This document shows, one piece after another, positions 8,074 through 19,338 of a DNA stretch of 45,029 nt. How positions within the stretch are numbered: the stretch's first letter is position 1; each line of letters begins with the position of its first letter. Both the position numbers and the translations under genes were made by a program. The notes beneath the pieces are model-generated. The model did not search any database. It saw only the letters and a program-made list of their open reading frames with translations, and had not been told where the DNA came from. The DNA lies in contig JANPDQ010000019.1 in the NCBI GenBank assembly GCA_031431575.1, forward strand, positions 1-45,029. The letters run 5' to 3'. This DNA comes from Polaromonas sp. (lineage in GTDB: Bacteria; Pseudomonadota; Gammaproteobacteria; Burkholderiales; Burkholderiaceae_C).

Positions 8074-9951
8074 ATGGCCAAAGAAGACACAGCTCAGGGA
8101 ATCCTGTCCAAAATGGTCAAGTTCGTGCGTAACCCCGCGACGAGCTGGTCGGACCTGGACAGCAAAGAATCTGATCGTGATGAGGCCGTGAGCAAGCAGT
8201 TGCTCAAGGAAATGATTGAGCGCAAGCGGCGGAACGATTTTGTGCGCAAGCGCGAGTTCGACATGTTGCGCAAAATGCGCAAGCGGGAATCGCTCACTGG
8301 CGACGATCCAGGCGCCAGGCCATCTTTTTTTCAGAGCAGCATGGCTTCCAGGCCTGACGATCGCGCGCAGACGATCAAAAAGATTGACGAGATCGAAGCA
8401 CAAATGTCCATGCAGTGGTGGAAAACCAAACACGGAACATCTGGCGATGGGTCGATTGACTCATCGGGTGCGTCACGTAACCCCGCTGACGTGCCTCCCG
8501 CTCGAAGAGCTCCACCGCCATTGCTTACCAACGCCCTTCCGTCGAGCTACATGGCAACCGAGCCAGCGGGGTTGCAATCTGCAGCGCAGGCGTCCGTTGC
8601 TGCGGAGCAGCCATCGGCGCAAAATCCCCGCGCCCAAGATCAATTCGTAGCAACGCCTGCATTAGTTGATTCTGGCGCAACCCCTTCCCCGGTTTTTGAC
8701 AAAACTGCGGCACCACCCCTTAAGATCAAGCCCGCTTTTTCAGCCGCTGCTGCCCCAAAAGAGGTGACCAGCCGTACACCGGATTCCACGCTTCGCGCTT
8801 CCGGCTTTACGCATTCAAATCTCATGGCTGTTGATGTGTCTGAAATCGCACACGACGCTGAATTAGAAGAAGCCGCCATACAGTTCGCCAATGGCGACAA
8901 CGCAGGCGCTGAGGCGGGCCTGCTTGAAATGCTCGACCCGGCGGGAATACGGGTTGGGCAATCCGAAACGTGGATGGCCTTGTTTGACCTTTATCGCGCC
9001 TCTGGCGAACAAGACAAATTCGAGCTTGCTGCACTTCAGTTTGTGCAGCGCTTTGACCGCTCCGCACCGCAATGGTTTTCGTTGCCTGAGATGGTTAAAT
9101 TGTTGGCCGTGCCCTCAAACCTGCAGCGCCTGCAGGGCCCGGCGGCTGACTGGATTTGCCCATCCGTTGTGGGGCTGCAGACAGTTGCAACCCTAAAGGC
9201 GGCAATCGCGCGCTCTCCCATGCCATGGCGTCTTGATTGGAGCAGGCTAAAGAGCATTGATCCGCTAGCCGTGGAGCCTTTGACCGTCCTCTTCAAGGGG
9301 TGGGCTCAACAACCAGTTCAGCTTCGTTTTATCGGTGAGACGCAGATTCAGAGCGTGCTGCAAGAAGCTACGCCGTCCGGTCAGCGCGAGACGGCCCAGG
9401 AATGGTGGCAGCTTCGAATGGAAGTACAGCGCGTGACCCATCGCCCGGATGAGTTCGAGCTGACTGCACTGGACTTTTGCGTTACTTACGAGGTGTCTCC
9501 TCCGTCTTGGGAGACTGGTCGGTGCGACTATAAATCGATTGATGCTGAAGGTTTGGGAACCTCCAGCCACACCATTATTGGTGATGTATTTCGAGACTCT
9601 ATATCGTCAGTCTTGAGCGCAATTGACGGCGAAAGTTTGCTGGACGGACGGGGCTCGCAGTTTGAAGGAAGTGTGTCCACCGTTGAGCTGTCTGGCCAGA
9701 TTGAGGGCGATGTTGTTGCTGCGCTCGAGCAACTTGAGACCAAGCTGATGGGTGCCGACATCATGATTATTTCCTGCGCTAAGCTCATACGCGTAGATTT
9801 TTCTGCCGCTGGAGCACTGCTCAATTGGGTTTCAGCGCGACAAACAGAAAATCGTGCGGTCCAATTTGCGGACGTCAGCCGTTTGATAGCTGCCTTTTTT
9901 AACGTCATCGGCATTACCGAACATGCTCGGGTGGTTACTCGCCGAGACTGA
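8074..9951 (+). CDS. Uncharacterised protein with TPR-like helical repeats and STAS domain(s)
   Basis: C-terminal ELSGQI...LIRVDFSAAGALLNW...FFNVIGI STAS pattern; internal duplicated motif; ATG at 8074 preferred. Confidence 0.75.
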   Translation: MAKEDTAQGILSKMVKFVRNPATSWSDLDSKESDRDEAVSKQLLKEMIERKRRNDFVRKREFDMLRKMRKRESLTGDDPGARPSFFQSSMASRPDDRAQTIKKIDEIEAQMSMQWWKTKHGTSGDGSIDSSGASRNPADVPPARRAPPPLLTNALPSSYMATEPAGLQSAAQASVAAEQPSAQNPRAQDQFVATPALVDSGATPSPVFDKTAAPPLKIKPAFSAAAAPKEVTSRTPDSTLRASGFTHSNLMAVDVSEIAHDAELEEAAIQFANGDNAGAEAGLLEMLDPAGIRVGQSETWMALFDLYRASGEQDKFELAALQFVQRFDRSAPQWFSLPEMVKLLAVPSNLQRLQGPAADWICPSVVGLQTVATLKAAIARSPMPWRLDWSRLKSIDPLAVEPLTVLFKGWAQQPVQLRFIGETQIQSVLQEATPSGQRETAQEWWQLRMEVQRVTHRPDEFELTALDFCVTYEVSPPSWETGRCDYKSIDAEGLGTSSHTIIGDVFRDSISSVLSAIDGESLLDGRGSQFEGSVSTVELSGQIEGDVVAALEQLETKLMGADIMIISCAKLIRVDFSAAGALLNWVSARQTENRAVQFADVSRLIAAFFNVIGITEHARVVTRRD

Positions 9952-10188
9952 CGTTTTTCCTGACGTCCCACAGCGGACTGGCCGCCGCGCGCAACTTGGC
10001 AACTAGCTCGGCATATTCTTTTGTCTGTCGGCTCTTTCATCGCATTGCCGATTCACACTTTCGTGAAGGGTGTCGTTTCGGCGGGCCGTTCACCAAAAAT
10101 TTCAACGGTTTAACGCAACACTTTCAGTGCCTGCGCTAAGTGCTCAATCTAAAACATCTTTTTTATTTCCTTTGTTCCCTGTTTACTC

Positions 10189-10201
10189 TAAGTCGTTGAT
10201 T
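10189..10201 (-). promoter_or_regulatory. Putative IHF binding site
   Basis: Reverse complement AATCAACGACTTA matches WATCAANNNNTTR exactly, with an adjacent A/T tract. Confidence 0.5.
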
Positions 10202-10228
10202 TCATTGAAAAAATTTGTTTCAAAGTTC

Positions 10229-10256
10229 TTGCACACTGGCACATTCCTGATAAAGT
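10229..10256 (+). promoter_or_regulatory. Putative sigma70 promoter of the dcw operon (Pmra)
   Basis: TTGCAC-N16-TAAAGT with TGn extension, ~50 bp upstream of mraZ. Confidence 0.55.
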
Positions 10257-10290
10257 GGGAGGAAGTGCAATTTAGTGGTGAAAAGTACTT
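10254..10290 (+). promoter_or_regulatory. MraZ-binding direct repeats
   Basis: AGTGGGA / AGTGCAA / AGTGGTG / AGTACTT at exact 10-bp period (10254, 10264, 10274, 10284) overlapping the -10 box. Confidence 0.7.
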
Positions 10291-10307
10291 TTTAAAGGTT
10301 TTTTGCA

Positions 10308-10736
10308 GTGTTCCAAGGCGCTTCATTTGTAGCTCTCGACAGTAAGGGTCGGCTCTCAGTGCCAACCCGGCACCGTGACGTCTTGAGCGCAACCGCCGCC
10401 AGCCAACTCACCATCACCAAACACCCGCACGGTTGCTTGATGGTTTTTCCTCGCAATGAGTGGGAAAAGTTTGGTGACCGCATTGCTGCCTTGCCCATGC
10501 AGGCGCAGTGGTGGAAGCGCATTTTCCTGGGCAACGCGATGGACGTTGATATGGACGCCACTGGGCGTGTGCTGGTGTCGCCCGAGTTGCGCTCCGCTGC
10601 GGGAATCATTAAAGATGTGGTGTTGCTCGGGATGGGAGGGTATTTTGAACTGTGGGACGCGCCGACGTACGCAGCGCAAGAGGCAGAGCATACCAAGGGC
10701 GATATGCCCGATGTTTTCAAAGATTTTTCTTTTTAA
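10308..10736 (+). CDS. mraZ: Division/cell wall cluster transcriptional repressor MraZ
   Basis: [10 protein letters not shown] and MDATGRVLV duplicated AbrB-like motifs; FELWD. Confidence 0.96.
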   Translation: MFQGASFVALDSKGRLSVPTRHRDVLSATAASQLTITKHPHGCLMVFPRNEWEKFGDRIAALPMQAQWWKRIFLGNAMDVDMDATGRVLVSPELRSAAGIIKDVVLLGMGGYFELWDAPTYAAQEAEHTKGDMPDVFKDFSF

Positions 10737-10744
10737 GACTACCG

Positions 10745-11662
10745 GTGACCGCACTATGGACACACCGCACCGTCTTGTTGAACGAAGCCGTCGCGGCACT
10801 TCAAATCAACCCAGACGAGCACTACATCGATGCGACGTTTGGGCGCGGCGGTCATTCGCGGCTGATTTTGTCGCAACTCTCACCGAAGGGCAGCTTGCTG
10901 GCGTTCGACAAGGATCTGGAAGCCATCTCCGAGGCAGCAACCATTTCCGATCCAAGGTTTTCAATCCGTCACGAGGGCTTCAACCAGCTCTGCACGTTGC
11001 CGCCGTCCAGCGCGGCGGGGCTGCTGATGGACTTGGGCATCAGTTCGCCGCAAATCGACAATCCGGCGCGTGGTTTTTCATTTCGGGGCGACGGGCCACT
11101 AGATATGCGGATGGACACCACCCGCGGCCAGAGTGTGGGCGATTGGCTGGTTGATGCATCGGTAGAGCACATCACGGAGGTGATCCATGACTATGGCGAA
11201 GAGCGGTTTGCTGGGCAGATTGCAAAGGCGATTGATCGCGTCCGCTCGGTTCGCGGCAGGATCGAGCGCACCGCTGAGCTGGCCGAAATCGTGGCCGGCG
11301 CAGTTAAAACCCGCGAGCCGGGCAAGGACCCAGCAACACGCACGTTTCAAGCTTTTCGGATTTTCATCAACGCCGAGCTTGAAGAGCTCAGCCAGGCGCT
11401 AAACGCGTCGTTAACAGTTTTAAAACCAGAGGGGCGCTTGGTGGTAATCAGCTTTCATTCGCTCGAAGACCGCATCGTCAAGCAATTTATTGCAGAGCAC
11501 TCACGCGAGGTTTTTGACCGCAGGGCGCCTTTTGCGGCACCCAAAGCAATGCGTTTGAACGCGCTTGGCCGAGTCAAGCCCGGCGCGCAAGAGATAACCG
11601 ACAACCCCCGCTGCCGCAGCGCAGTGATGCGGGTTGCCGAGCGTACCAAGGTGCGTGCATGA
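10745..11662 (+). CDS. rsmH: 16S rRNA m4C1402 methyltransferase RsmH
   Basis: [44 protein letters not shown]; probable GTG start at 10745 (track ORF over-extended upstream). Confidence 0.95.
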   Translation: MTALWTHRTVLLNEAVAALQINPDEHYIDATFGRGGHSRLILSQLSPKGSLLAFDKDLEAISEAATISDPRFSIRHEGFNQLCTLPPSSAAGLLMDLGISSPQIDNPARGFSFRGDGPLDMRMDTTRGQSVGDWLVDASVEHITEVIHDYGEERFAGQIAKAIDRVRSVRGRIERTAELAEIVAGAVKTREPGKDPATRTFQAFRIFINAELEELSQALNASLTVLKPEGRLVVISFHSLEDRIVKQFIAEHSREVFDRRAPFAAPKAMRLNALGRVKPGAQEITDNPRCRSAVMRVAERTKVRA

Positions 11663-12024
11663 TCCGGCTCAATCTGATCTTGTTGATGGCTGTGGTTGCC
11701 AGTGCTTTTTATCTGGTCCGCACCCAATATGAATCACGGCGGCTCTACGCAGAGCTTGAAAAGGCGAATGCGCAACTTGCCAGGCTGGACACCGAAAACG
11801 AACGCTTGCAAGTTGACAAGCGCGGGCAAGCCACGCCATTAAGGGTAGAAAAGCTTGCCAAAGAAAAGTTGCAAATGCGTATGGTGACGCCTGCCATTAC
11901 GCAGTACGTTTCGCTAGGTCGTGATCCAGCAGACGTTCGTGCCGCACCTTTGCAATTAACCAGCGATACGGGTACCGCTTTGTCAGCCACCCGCGCCGTT
12001 AGCAGTTCGCAAGCCAAGCCATGA
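11659..12024 (+). CDS. ftsL: Cell division protein FtsL
   Basis: One TM helix plus coiled coil, [12 protein letters not shown]; position between rsmH and ftsI. Confidence 0.9.
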   Translation: MIRLNLILLMAVVASAFYLVRTQYESRRLYAELEKANAQLARLDTENERLQVDKRGQATPLRVEKLAKEKLQMRMVTPAITQYVSLGRDPADVRAAPLQLTSDTGTALSATRAVSSSQAKP

Positions 12025-13763
12025 GCAAAAGCGTTCTTTACACTTCCAGCCCTTTGTTGGCCAGTAAAACGCCAGTATGGCGTAGCAAGTTTGTGGTGGC
12101 CGCAATTGCGCTTGCGTTTGTGGGGCTGGCAGCTAGAGCGGCTTATGTGCAGGTTGTTGGAAACTCATTTTTTCAAAAGCAAGGGCAAGTCCGATTCGCG
12201 CGTACGCTGGAGTTGCCTGCCAATCGCGGCCGTATTCTTGACCGCAACGGACTGATACTTGCGTCGAGCGTGCCGGCACCCAGCATCTGGGCTATCCCCG
12301 AAGACGTCGATGCGACGAAGCAGCAGCTTCAGGCACTGGCGAAGTTGCTGGACATGCCACTGGCTGAGTTAAGTAAAAAACTTGGCAACGAAGAGAAAAA
12401 CTTCGTCTGGATTAAGCGGCAGGTGGATGACGTGGTGGCCCAAAAAATTGCCGCCTTGGCGATCAAGGGAATTTACCAGCGCAAGGAATACAAGCGGCAG
12501 TACCCGGAAGGTGAAACTGTTGCCCACGTTGTGGGCTTTACCGACGTTGAAGATCAGGGTATTGCAGGCATCGAGGTGGCGTACAACAAAGAGTTGAAGG
12601 GACGACCTGGGTCTCGCCGGGTGATCAAAGACCGAATGGGCCGTGTAGTTGAGGATACGCGCGAACAAATTCTGCCAGAGGATGGCCAGGATTTGCAGCT
12701 ATCCATCGACAGCAAAATGCAGTTTGTGGCGTACCAAAAGCTGCGCGATGCGGTGATCGCAAACAAGGCAGTAGCTGGCAGTGTCGTCATGCTCGACGCG
12801 GTGACGGGTGAAGTCCTCGCGATGGCAAATTACCCCAGCTACGTCCCTGATAAAAGACACAATGTCACTAACAGCCAGCTGCGCAACATAGCACTGACCG
12901 ATACCTTTGAGCCAGGTTCGGTGATGAAGGCTTTTACCGTGGGCATTGCGCTGGAGTCGGGTCGCGTCAAGCCAGAGACTTCTATTCAAACTGCGCCGGG
13001 ACGCATTCAAATCACAGGCTCAACCATCTCTGATGCGCACCCCAATGGCGTGCTGTCGGTGCAGCAAGTGATTCAAAAGTCAAGCAATGTCGGTACCGTC
13101 AAGTTAGCGATGCAAATGCAGCCGCGTGAAATGTGGGAAACCTTTTCACAGGCAGGCTTCGGGCAAAAGCCACAGATCACATTTCCTGGCGTGGTTTCGG
13201 GTCGGCTAAGGCCGTACAAAACATGGCGACCCATTGAGCAGGCCACGATGTCTTATGGCTACGGTTTGTCGGCATCGCTTTTTCAAATGGCACGGGCGTA
13301 CACGGTGTTTGGTCACGATGGCCAGATCATCGACACCACGCTGCTCAAAAGCGAAGAGCCTGCAATTGGCGTGAAGGTCTTCTCTGCAAAAACTGCACTG
13401 GAGATTCGGAAAATGCTGCAGATGGCCGCCGGCCCGGGCGGCACGGGTCAAAAAGCGCAGACGCTGGGTTACTCGGTAGGCGGAAAGTCTGGCACAGCTT
13501 ACAAGCAGGTTGGCAAGAGTTACGGCACAGACAAAGACCGCAAGTACCGTGGCTGGTTCGTGGGTATGGCACCGATTGATAAACCCAGAGTGATCGTTGC
13601 GGTGATGATCGATGAACCACGCGCAGGCAAGTATTACGGCGGTGAAGTAGCCGCGCCAGTTTTCAGCGAACTGGTTCAGCAAGCGTTGCGTATCAAGGGC
13701 GTTCAGCCAGACATGTCCGTTAAGCCGCAAATAGTGACGCAAGTCGTTGAGGAGTCGTTTTGA
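12021..13763 (+). CDS. ftsI: Peptidoglycan D,D-transpeptidase FtsI (PBP3)
   Basis: RGRILDRNG, EPGSVMK (SxxK), SSN, KSGT. Confidence 0.96.
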   Translation: MSKSVLYTSSPLLASKTPVWRSKFVVAAIALAFVGLAARAAYVQVVGNSFFQKQGQVRFARTLELPANRGRILDRNGLILASSVPAPSIWAIPEDVDATKQQLQALAKLLDMPLAELSKKLGNEEKNFVWIKRQVDDVVAQKIAALAIKGIYQRKEYKRQYPEGETVAHVVGFTDVEDQGIAGIEVAYNKELKGRPGSRRVIKDRMGRVVEDTREQILPEDGQDLQLSIDSKMQFVAYQKLRDAVIANKAVAGSVVMLDAVTGEVLAMANYPSYVPDKRHNVTNSQLRNIALTDTFEPGSVMKAFTVGIALESGRVKPETSIQTAPGRIQITGSTISDAHPNGVLSVQQVIQKSSNVGTVKLAMQMQPREMWETFSQAGFGQKPQITFPGVVSGRLRPYKTWRPIEQATMSYGYGLSASLFQMARAYTVFGHDGQIIDTTLLKSEEPAIGVKVFSAKTALEIRKMLQMAAGPGGTGQKAQTLGYSVGGKSGTAYKQVGKSYGTDKDRKYRGWFVGMAPIDKPRVIVAVMIDEPRAGKYYGGEVAAPVFSELVQQALRIKGVQPDMSVKPQIVTQVVEESF

Positions 13764-15262
13764 ACGCGCACCTCCAGTCCCCGCAAGCTGCAGCGGCTTG
13801 GCTTCATACGCGGGTGTCTGGCGGCTTGACCACAAACAGCCGCCAAGTGCGCGTGGGTGACGGTTTTATCGCTTGGCCCGGCGCGGCTGTGGATGCGCGC
13901 CAGTTCGTCGGCAAAGCTTTGGATGATGGTGCGAGTGCTTGTTTGGTGGAAGACCGCGAAGCAGAGCAATTTGGATTTTCCGATTCACGAATTGCCTCAT
14001 ACCCTGACCTAAAAGGTGCAGCGGCATTGATTGCAGCGGCTTACTACGAACACCCAAGCAAGCAATTGCAAACTGTTGCTATTACTGGCACCAACGGAAA
14101 AACATCCACCGCGTGGTGGCTGGCCAATGCCCTGACGGTATTAGGACGCAAATGCGGCGTCGTCGGAACGCTTGGCATTGGTGCGCCGTCAGCTATGGTT
14201 TTTAATGGTTTGACTACACCCGATCCGGTATTGCTTCAAGGGCAACTTCGGCGTTTCGTCAACGAAGGATTCGCCGCCTGCGCAATTGAGGCTTCTTCGA
14301 TTGGTATTTCCGAGCATCGCCTGGATGCTACGAATATCCGCGTCGCTGTATTTACCAATTTCACGCAGGACCACCTCGACTACCACCCTTCGATGGAGGA
14401 CTATTGGCGGGCAAAAGAGTCGCTGTTTACGTGGCCAGGTTTGAAGTCAGCGGTGGTCAACCTTGACGATGCAAAAGGCGTTGAGCTTTGTAAAAAACTG
14501 ACGTCTAGCGGCATCGACGTTTGGACTGTGTCGTGCACCGGACCCGCGCGCATTCAGGCGCACGCTGTAAAGCAGGGCGGCCAGTCGCTGACATTCGAGC
14601 TCGTTGAAGGGCAAGAAAAATATTTTGTTTCGGCGGCAACCATTGGCTTGTTTAATGTTTCAAATTTGCTCTGCGTCGCAGGAACCCTTCGCGCACTGGG
14701 CATTGCATTAAAAGACGCTGCGCAATCTTGTAGCAATTTGCCGACTGTGCCTGGACGGCTCAATTCCATTGCAGTTCTTGATGCGCCATTGGTTGTTATT
14801 GATTACGCGCACACCCCAGACGCACTTGAAAAAGTGCTGCTGGCGTTAAAGCCCGTGACTCGGACACGCCAAGGTCAATTGTGGTGCGTGTTTGGTTGCG
14901 GCGGCGATCGAGATAGCAGCAAGCGGGCGTTGATGGGCGCCGCAGCACAAAAAAATGCTGACCACGTTGTCGTGACCAGCGATAACCCGCGCAGCGAAAG
15001 TGCTGACGCCATCATCCGTCAAATTGTGTCCGGCTTGACAAGAAGTGATGCGCTGCGCGTCGAGCCCGACCGCGCGAAAGCCATAGCTGAGGCGATTGCA
15101 CATGCAAATTCAAACGACGTAATTCTGATCGCCGGTAAGGGCCACGAGGACTATCAGGAAATCAGCGGAATCCGGCATCCGTTTGTCGACGCCAACCACG
15201 CCCGGGCTGCACTTGACGCGCGAACTGCAATCAACACGTCAGGGTCAGGGGATTTGGCATGA
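13760..15262 (+). CDS. murE: UDP-MurNAc-tripeptide synthetase (meso-DAP ligase)
   Basis: TGTNGKTS, DHLDYH, DYAHTPD, DNPR, AGKGHE. Confidence 0.96.
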   Translation: MNAHLQSPQAAAAWLHTRVSGGLTTNSRQVRVGDGFIAWPGAAVDARQFVGKALDDGASACLVEDREAEQFGFSDSRIASYPDLKGAAALIAAAYYEHPSKQLQTVAITGTNGKTSTAWWLANALTVLGRKCGVVGTLGIGAPSAMVFNGLTTPDPVLLQGQLRRFVNEGFAACAIEASSIGISEHRLDATNIRVAVFTNFTQDHLDYHPSMEDYWRAKESLFTWPGLKSAVVNLDDAKGVELCKKLTSSGIDVWTVSCTGPARIQAHAVKQGGQSLTFELVEGQEKYFVSAATIGLFNVSNLLCVAGTLRALGIALKDAAQSCSNLPTVPGRLNSIAVLDAPLVVIDYAHTPDALEKVLLALKPVTRTRQGQLWCVFGCGGDRDSSKRALMGAAAQKNADHVVVTSDNPRSESADAIIRQIVSGLTRSDALRVEPDRAKAIAEAIAHANSNDVILIAGKGHEDYQEISGIRHPFVDANHARAALDARTAINTSGSGDLA

Positions 15263-16671
15263 TGACGCTCGGCGAAGTATTCACTTGGGTGACTGCCTCA
15301 CAAACTATTGGCAGCGGTGCGATTGTGATTGAGCGTGTGCATACTGACACGCGCTCACTTAAAGCGGGTGATTTGTTTGTTGCGTTAAAGGGCCACACCT
15401 TTGATGCCAATAGTTTTCTGGGCCAAGCGAAGGCTCTGGGAGCGGTCGCCGCCATTGCAGAGTCCGGTTTGCAAGCGTCTGGTTTGGCTGGCCTCGAAGT
15501 TCCTGACTCCAAATTGGCACTTGGCGAGCTTGCCGCAGCTTGGCGCGCGCAATTTGAACTGCCGCTGATTGCTGTGACGGGTAGCAACGGTAAGACCACG
15601 GTTACCCAAATGATCGCTTCTATATTGAAGGCATTTAAGCAAGATCGGGGGTTCTCAACAGAAGGAAATTTCAACAACGACATTGGTGTTCCACTGACGC
15701 TATTGCGCCTGGCCAGCACCCATCAAATTGGCGTCGTAGAGCTGGGCATGAATCGCCCAGGCGAAATCGCGTATTTGGCCAAAATCACCAAGCCGACAGT
15801 TGCACTGGTCAACAACGCGCAACGCGAGCACATGGAATTTATGGAGTCGGTGCAGGCGGTCGCACGCGAAAATGGAAGTGTCATCGAATCTTTGCCTGCG
15901 GACGGAGTTGCCGTGTTTCCAGCGGATGATGCGCATACCAGCGTCTGGCGCAACATGGCCGGCGGTCGCAAGACTCTGACGTTTGGTCTTGACGGTGTTG
16001 CGGACATCACCGGGCAAGCGGATTGGCTAGGAGATGCGTGGCAGGTTAGCGCAAACACGCCGCTTGGCAATCTCGATTTCAAGCTACAAATCGCTGGAAG
16101 GCACAACGTCAAAAACGCATTGGCAGCGGCAGCATGTGCTTTGGCTGCGGGCGTTCCGCTTGGCTGCATCTGCATCGGCTTGAATGCATTCAGACCTGTC
16201 AAAGGGCGCTCACGCGCTACAACTCTGCACTTGTCTGGTCGTAGTGTCACGCTAATAGACGACACCTACAACTCCAACCCTGACTCCATGCACGCTGCTA
16301 TTGATTTGCTGGCAGAGATGCCCGGCCCGCGCCTGCTGGTGATGGGCGGTATGGGTGAGGTTGGCGCGCAAGGGCCAGAATTCCACGCGCAGGCGGGTCG
16401 GTACGCGCAAATCAAAGGCGTTGACAAGCTTTTCACTCTAGGCGAGCAGGCGGCACTTGCTAACAAGAATTTTGTTGGTGGGCACCATTTTGAAGACGTT
16501 GAAACGTTGAACTTCGCGGTGCTGGAACATTTGAAAACAGTTGGTTGTGTGTTGGTCAAAGGCTCTCGCTTTATGAAGATGGAACGCGTTATTGCGGCGA
16601 TCACCCAATACGAAAAAGACGTGATGACCAAAGAAGAACCAGAACAAAAGGACAAGAGCCATGCTGCTTAA
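15259..16671 (+). CDS. murF: UDP-MurNAc-pentapeptide synthetase
   Basis: [33 protein letters not shown]. Confidence 0.96.
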   Translation: MMTLGEVFTWVTASQTIGSGAIVIERVHTDTRSLKAGDLFVALKGHTFDANSFLGQAKALGAVAAIAESGLQASGLAGLEVPDSKLALGELAAAWRAQFELPLIAVTGSNGKTTVTQMIASILKAFKQDRGFSTEGNFNNDIGVPLTLLRLASTHQIGVVELGMNRPGEIAYLAKITKPTVALVNNAQREHMEFMESVQAVARENGSVIESLPADGVAVFPADDAHTSVWRNMAGGRKTLTFGLDGVADITGQADWLGDAWQVSANTPLGNLDFKLQIAGRHNVKNALAAAACALAAGVPLGCICIGLNAFRPVKGRSRATTLHLSGRSVTLIDDTYNSNPDSMHAAIDLLAEMPGPRLLVMGGMGEVGAQGPEFHAQAGRYAQIKGVDKLFTLGEQAALANKNFVGGHHFEDVETLNFAVLEHLKTVGCVLVKGSRFMKMERVIAAITQYEKDVMTKEEPEQKDKSHAA

Positions 16672-17839
16672 CCTGGCCCAGTGGCTCCAGACCTTGTCGC
16701 CCGAATTCGGCTCATTTCGAGTGTTTCAGTACTTGACCTTTCGCGCAGTGATGGCGGCGCTTACTGCGCTTCTGATTGGCTTGGTTGCGGGCCCATTTGT
16801 GATCCGTCGTTTGGTATCGCTCAAGATGGGTCAACCTATCCGCGAATACGCGATGCAAACGCATTTGGCCAAGTCGGGTACTCCCACCATGGGCGGTGTT
16901 CTTATTTTGTTGGCTATTGCGATTGCTACGCTGCTGTGGGCTGACCTTTCCAACCGATTTGTCTGGATTGTGCTGATCGTCACGCTTGGCTTTGGTGCAA
17001 TTGGATGGGCCGATGACTGGCGCAAAGTGGTGCACAAGGACCCTGAGGGCATGCGCTCGCGTGAAAAATACATGTGGCAGTCATTGATTGGCCTGGTGGC
17101 TGCCCTGTACCTCGTGTTTAGTATTTCTGAAAGTTCCAACCTGCGTGTGATTGGACTTTTCATCAGCTGGGTGCAGTCCGGATTCGACGTCAACTTGCCG
17201 CCCAAAGCCGGCCTGTTGGTACCGTTTGTCAAAGAAGTCAGTTACCCATTGGGCGTTTTTGGATTCGTCATCTTGACCTATCTGGTGATTGTGGGTTCGA
17301 GCAATGCCGTTAACTTGACGGATGGGCTGGACGGCTTGGCCATCATGCCGGTTGTGATGGTGGGGTCGGCTCTTGGTATTTTTGCGTATGTCACAGGCAG
17401 TTCTGTTTACTCCAAGTACTTACTTTTTCCACACATTCCCGGCTCGGGTGAGTTGTTGATTTTTTGCGCCGCGATGGCCGGTAGTGGTTTGGCGTTTTTA
17501 TGGTTCAACACGCATCCAGCCCAAGTCTTCATGGGGGACGTTGGCGCTTTGGCGTTGGGTGCAGCACTCGGCACCATCGCCGTCATCGTGCGGCAGGAAA
17601 TTGTGCTGGCGATTATGGGCGGCATCTTCGTTGTGGAAGCGCTTTCCGTCATGATGCAAGTGGTGTATTTCAAGTACACCAAAAGGCGTTTTGGTGCGGG
17701 TCGCCGGATTTTAAAGATGGCACCACTGCACCACCACTTTGAGAAAAGCGGCTGGAAAGAAACGCAGGTTGTCGTGCGGTTTTGGATCATCACCATGCTG
17801 CTGTGTCTGGTTGGTCTGTCAACGCTCAAGCTCAGATGA
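16661..17839 (+). CDS. mraY: Phospho-N-acetylmuramoyl-pentapeptide transferase
   Basis: [34 protein letters not shown]. Confidence 0.98.
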   Translation: MLLNLAQWLQTLSPEFGSFRVFQYLTFRAVMAALTALLIGLVAGPFVIRRLVSLKMGQPIREYAMQTHLAKSGTPTMGGVLILLAIAIATLLWADLSNRFVWIVLIVTLGFGAIGWADDWRKVVHKDPEGMRSREKYMWQSLIGLVAALYLVFSISESSNLRVIGLFISWVQSGFDVNLPPKAGLLVPFVKEVSYPLGVFGFVILTYLVIVGSSNAVNLTDGLDGLAIMPVVMVGSALGIFAYVTGSSVYSKYLLFPHIPGSGELLIFCAAMAGSGLAFLWFNTHPAQVFMGDVGALALGAALGTIAVIVRQEIVLAIMGGIFVVEALSVMMQVVYFKYTKRRFGAGRRILKMAPLHHHFEKSGWKETQVVVRFWIITMLLCLVGLSTLKLR

Positions 17840-19338
17840 AAAACCTAGCGGCTAAAAACGTACTGGTGCTGGGCTTGGGCCAATCTGGCTTGGCGCTTGC
17901 ACGCTGGTGCATCAGGGCGGGGGCGAGCGTGACCGTTGCTGATACACGGGCTACGCCACCGCAACTTCAAACCTTGAACAGTACTTTGCCGCAAGTTGTT
18001 TTTGTCAACGCGCCACTGGATGAAGCGCTGTTTAACTCCGCTGAATTCGATTTGGTGCTTAAAAGCCCGGGCTTGAGTCCGGCATCTATCGCGGGCGTTA
18101 CCGCTGCCGCCGCGAAACGTGGAACCGCAGTTGGCAATGAGCTGAGCGTCTTTTCCCAGGCGCTCAAAGAGATGCAAACGGATCACGCCTACGCGCCGCA
18201 AGTGATCGGCATCACCGGAACAAACGGCAAAACAACTGTAACGGCGCTGACGGCGCAGCTGGTTGCGCGTTCCAGCAAGTCTGTGGCGATGGCCGGCAAT
18301 ATCGGGCCGACTTTACTGGACACGCTGGGCGAACTTATTGACGCCCAGAAGTTGCCCGATGTGTGGGTACTGGAGCTGTCGAGCTTCCAGCTCGATGGTG
18401 TCCAAAATTTTGAGCCCACTGTGGCGACGGTATTGAACATTTCTCAAGACCATCTGGATTGGCATGAAACAAATGCTGCTTACGCTGCTGCCAAGACAAA
18501 CGTTTACGCAAGCAATACGTGCATGCTGCTCAATCGAGACGACACGCAAGTCATGGCGAGCAAGCCAATCGACGTTAAGGGCAAACCAACCCGCAAGTAC
18601 ATCACGTTTGGCCTGGATGAGCCGCAGCGCGCTGGTGACTATGGCATTCAAACGCTGAACGGTATCGGATGGCTGGTTCGTGCTGCTGAACTGGATGAGT
18701 CGATCAAACCCAAGCGCGGTAGCAAGGCAGACGCGGTTGGGCTTTTCATCCAGCGCTTGATGCCGGTAGATGCACTGCGTATTGCTGGTCTGCACAATGC
18801 GGCCAACGCGCTTGCTGCGTTGGCGTTGGCCAATGCGGTTGGCTGCACGATGGCACCCATGCTCCATGGTCTTCGTGAGTACCGGGGAGAGCCACACCGC
18901 GTGCAGTCGGTTGCAGTTGTTGATGGGATTGAGTACTTTGATGACAGTAAGGGAACCAACGTGGGGGCGACGGTTGCTGCGCTGTCTGGGCTGGGTGCAA
19001 GCCGCAAGCTGGTTGTCATTTTGGGCGGTGAGGGCAAGGGACAAGATTTCTCACCGCTGCTTGAGCCAGTGCTGCGCTATGCCCGTGCGGTGGTGCTCAT
19101 GGGCCGCGATGCACCGCTTATCCGCACCGCGTTGAAAGATGCAACTGCAGTTTTTATTGATGCCAGCTCCATGGATGAGGCCGTTGTACTGGCTACTTCC
19201 CATGCGAAATCGGGCGACGCGGTTTTGATGTCGCCAGCCTGCGCCAGCTTTGATATGTTCGACAACTACGAGCACCGCGCCCACGCATTTTGCGACGCTG
19301 TTGCAGCGCTGGCCGTGGACAGAGGAGTCTCCCTGTGA
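17836..19338 (+). CDS. murD: UDP-MurNAc-L-Ala:D-Glu ligase
   Basis: [36 protein letters not shown]; ATG at 17836 overlaps mraY stop. Confidence 0.96.
   Translation: MKNLAAKNVLVLGLGQSGLALARWCIRAGASVTVADTRATPPQLQTLNSTLPQVVFVNAPLDEALFNSAEFDLVLKSPGLSPASIAGVTAAAAKRGTAVGNELSVFSQALKEMQTDHAYAPQVIGITGTNGKTTVTALTAQLVARSSKSVAMAGNIGPTLLDTLGELIDAQKLPDVWVLELSSFQLDGVQNFEPTVATVLNISQDHLDWHETNAAYAAAKTNVYASNTCMLLNRDDTQVMASKPIDVKGKPTRKYITFGLDEPQRAGDYGIQTLNGIGWLVRAAELDESIKPKRGSKADAVGLFIQRLMPVDALRIAGLHNAANALAALALANAVGCTMAPMLHGLREYRGEPHRVQSVAVVDGIEYFDDSKGTNVGATVAALSGLGASRKLVVILGGEGKGQDFSPLLEPVLRYARAVVLMGRDAPLIRTALKDATAVFIDASSMDEAVVLATSHAKSGDAVLMSPACASFDMFDNYEHRAHAFCDAVAALAVDRGVSL

Noticed and set aside
18475-18490. 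GCTGCTTACGC in murD resembling the motif A core
   Set aside because: Lacks the GCTA-N9-TAGC palindrome and third box; explained by Ala-Ala-Tyr-Ala codons.
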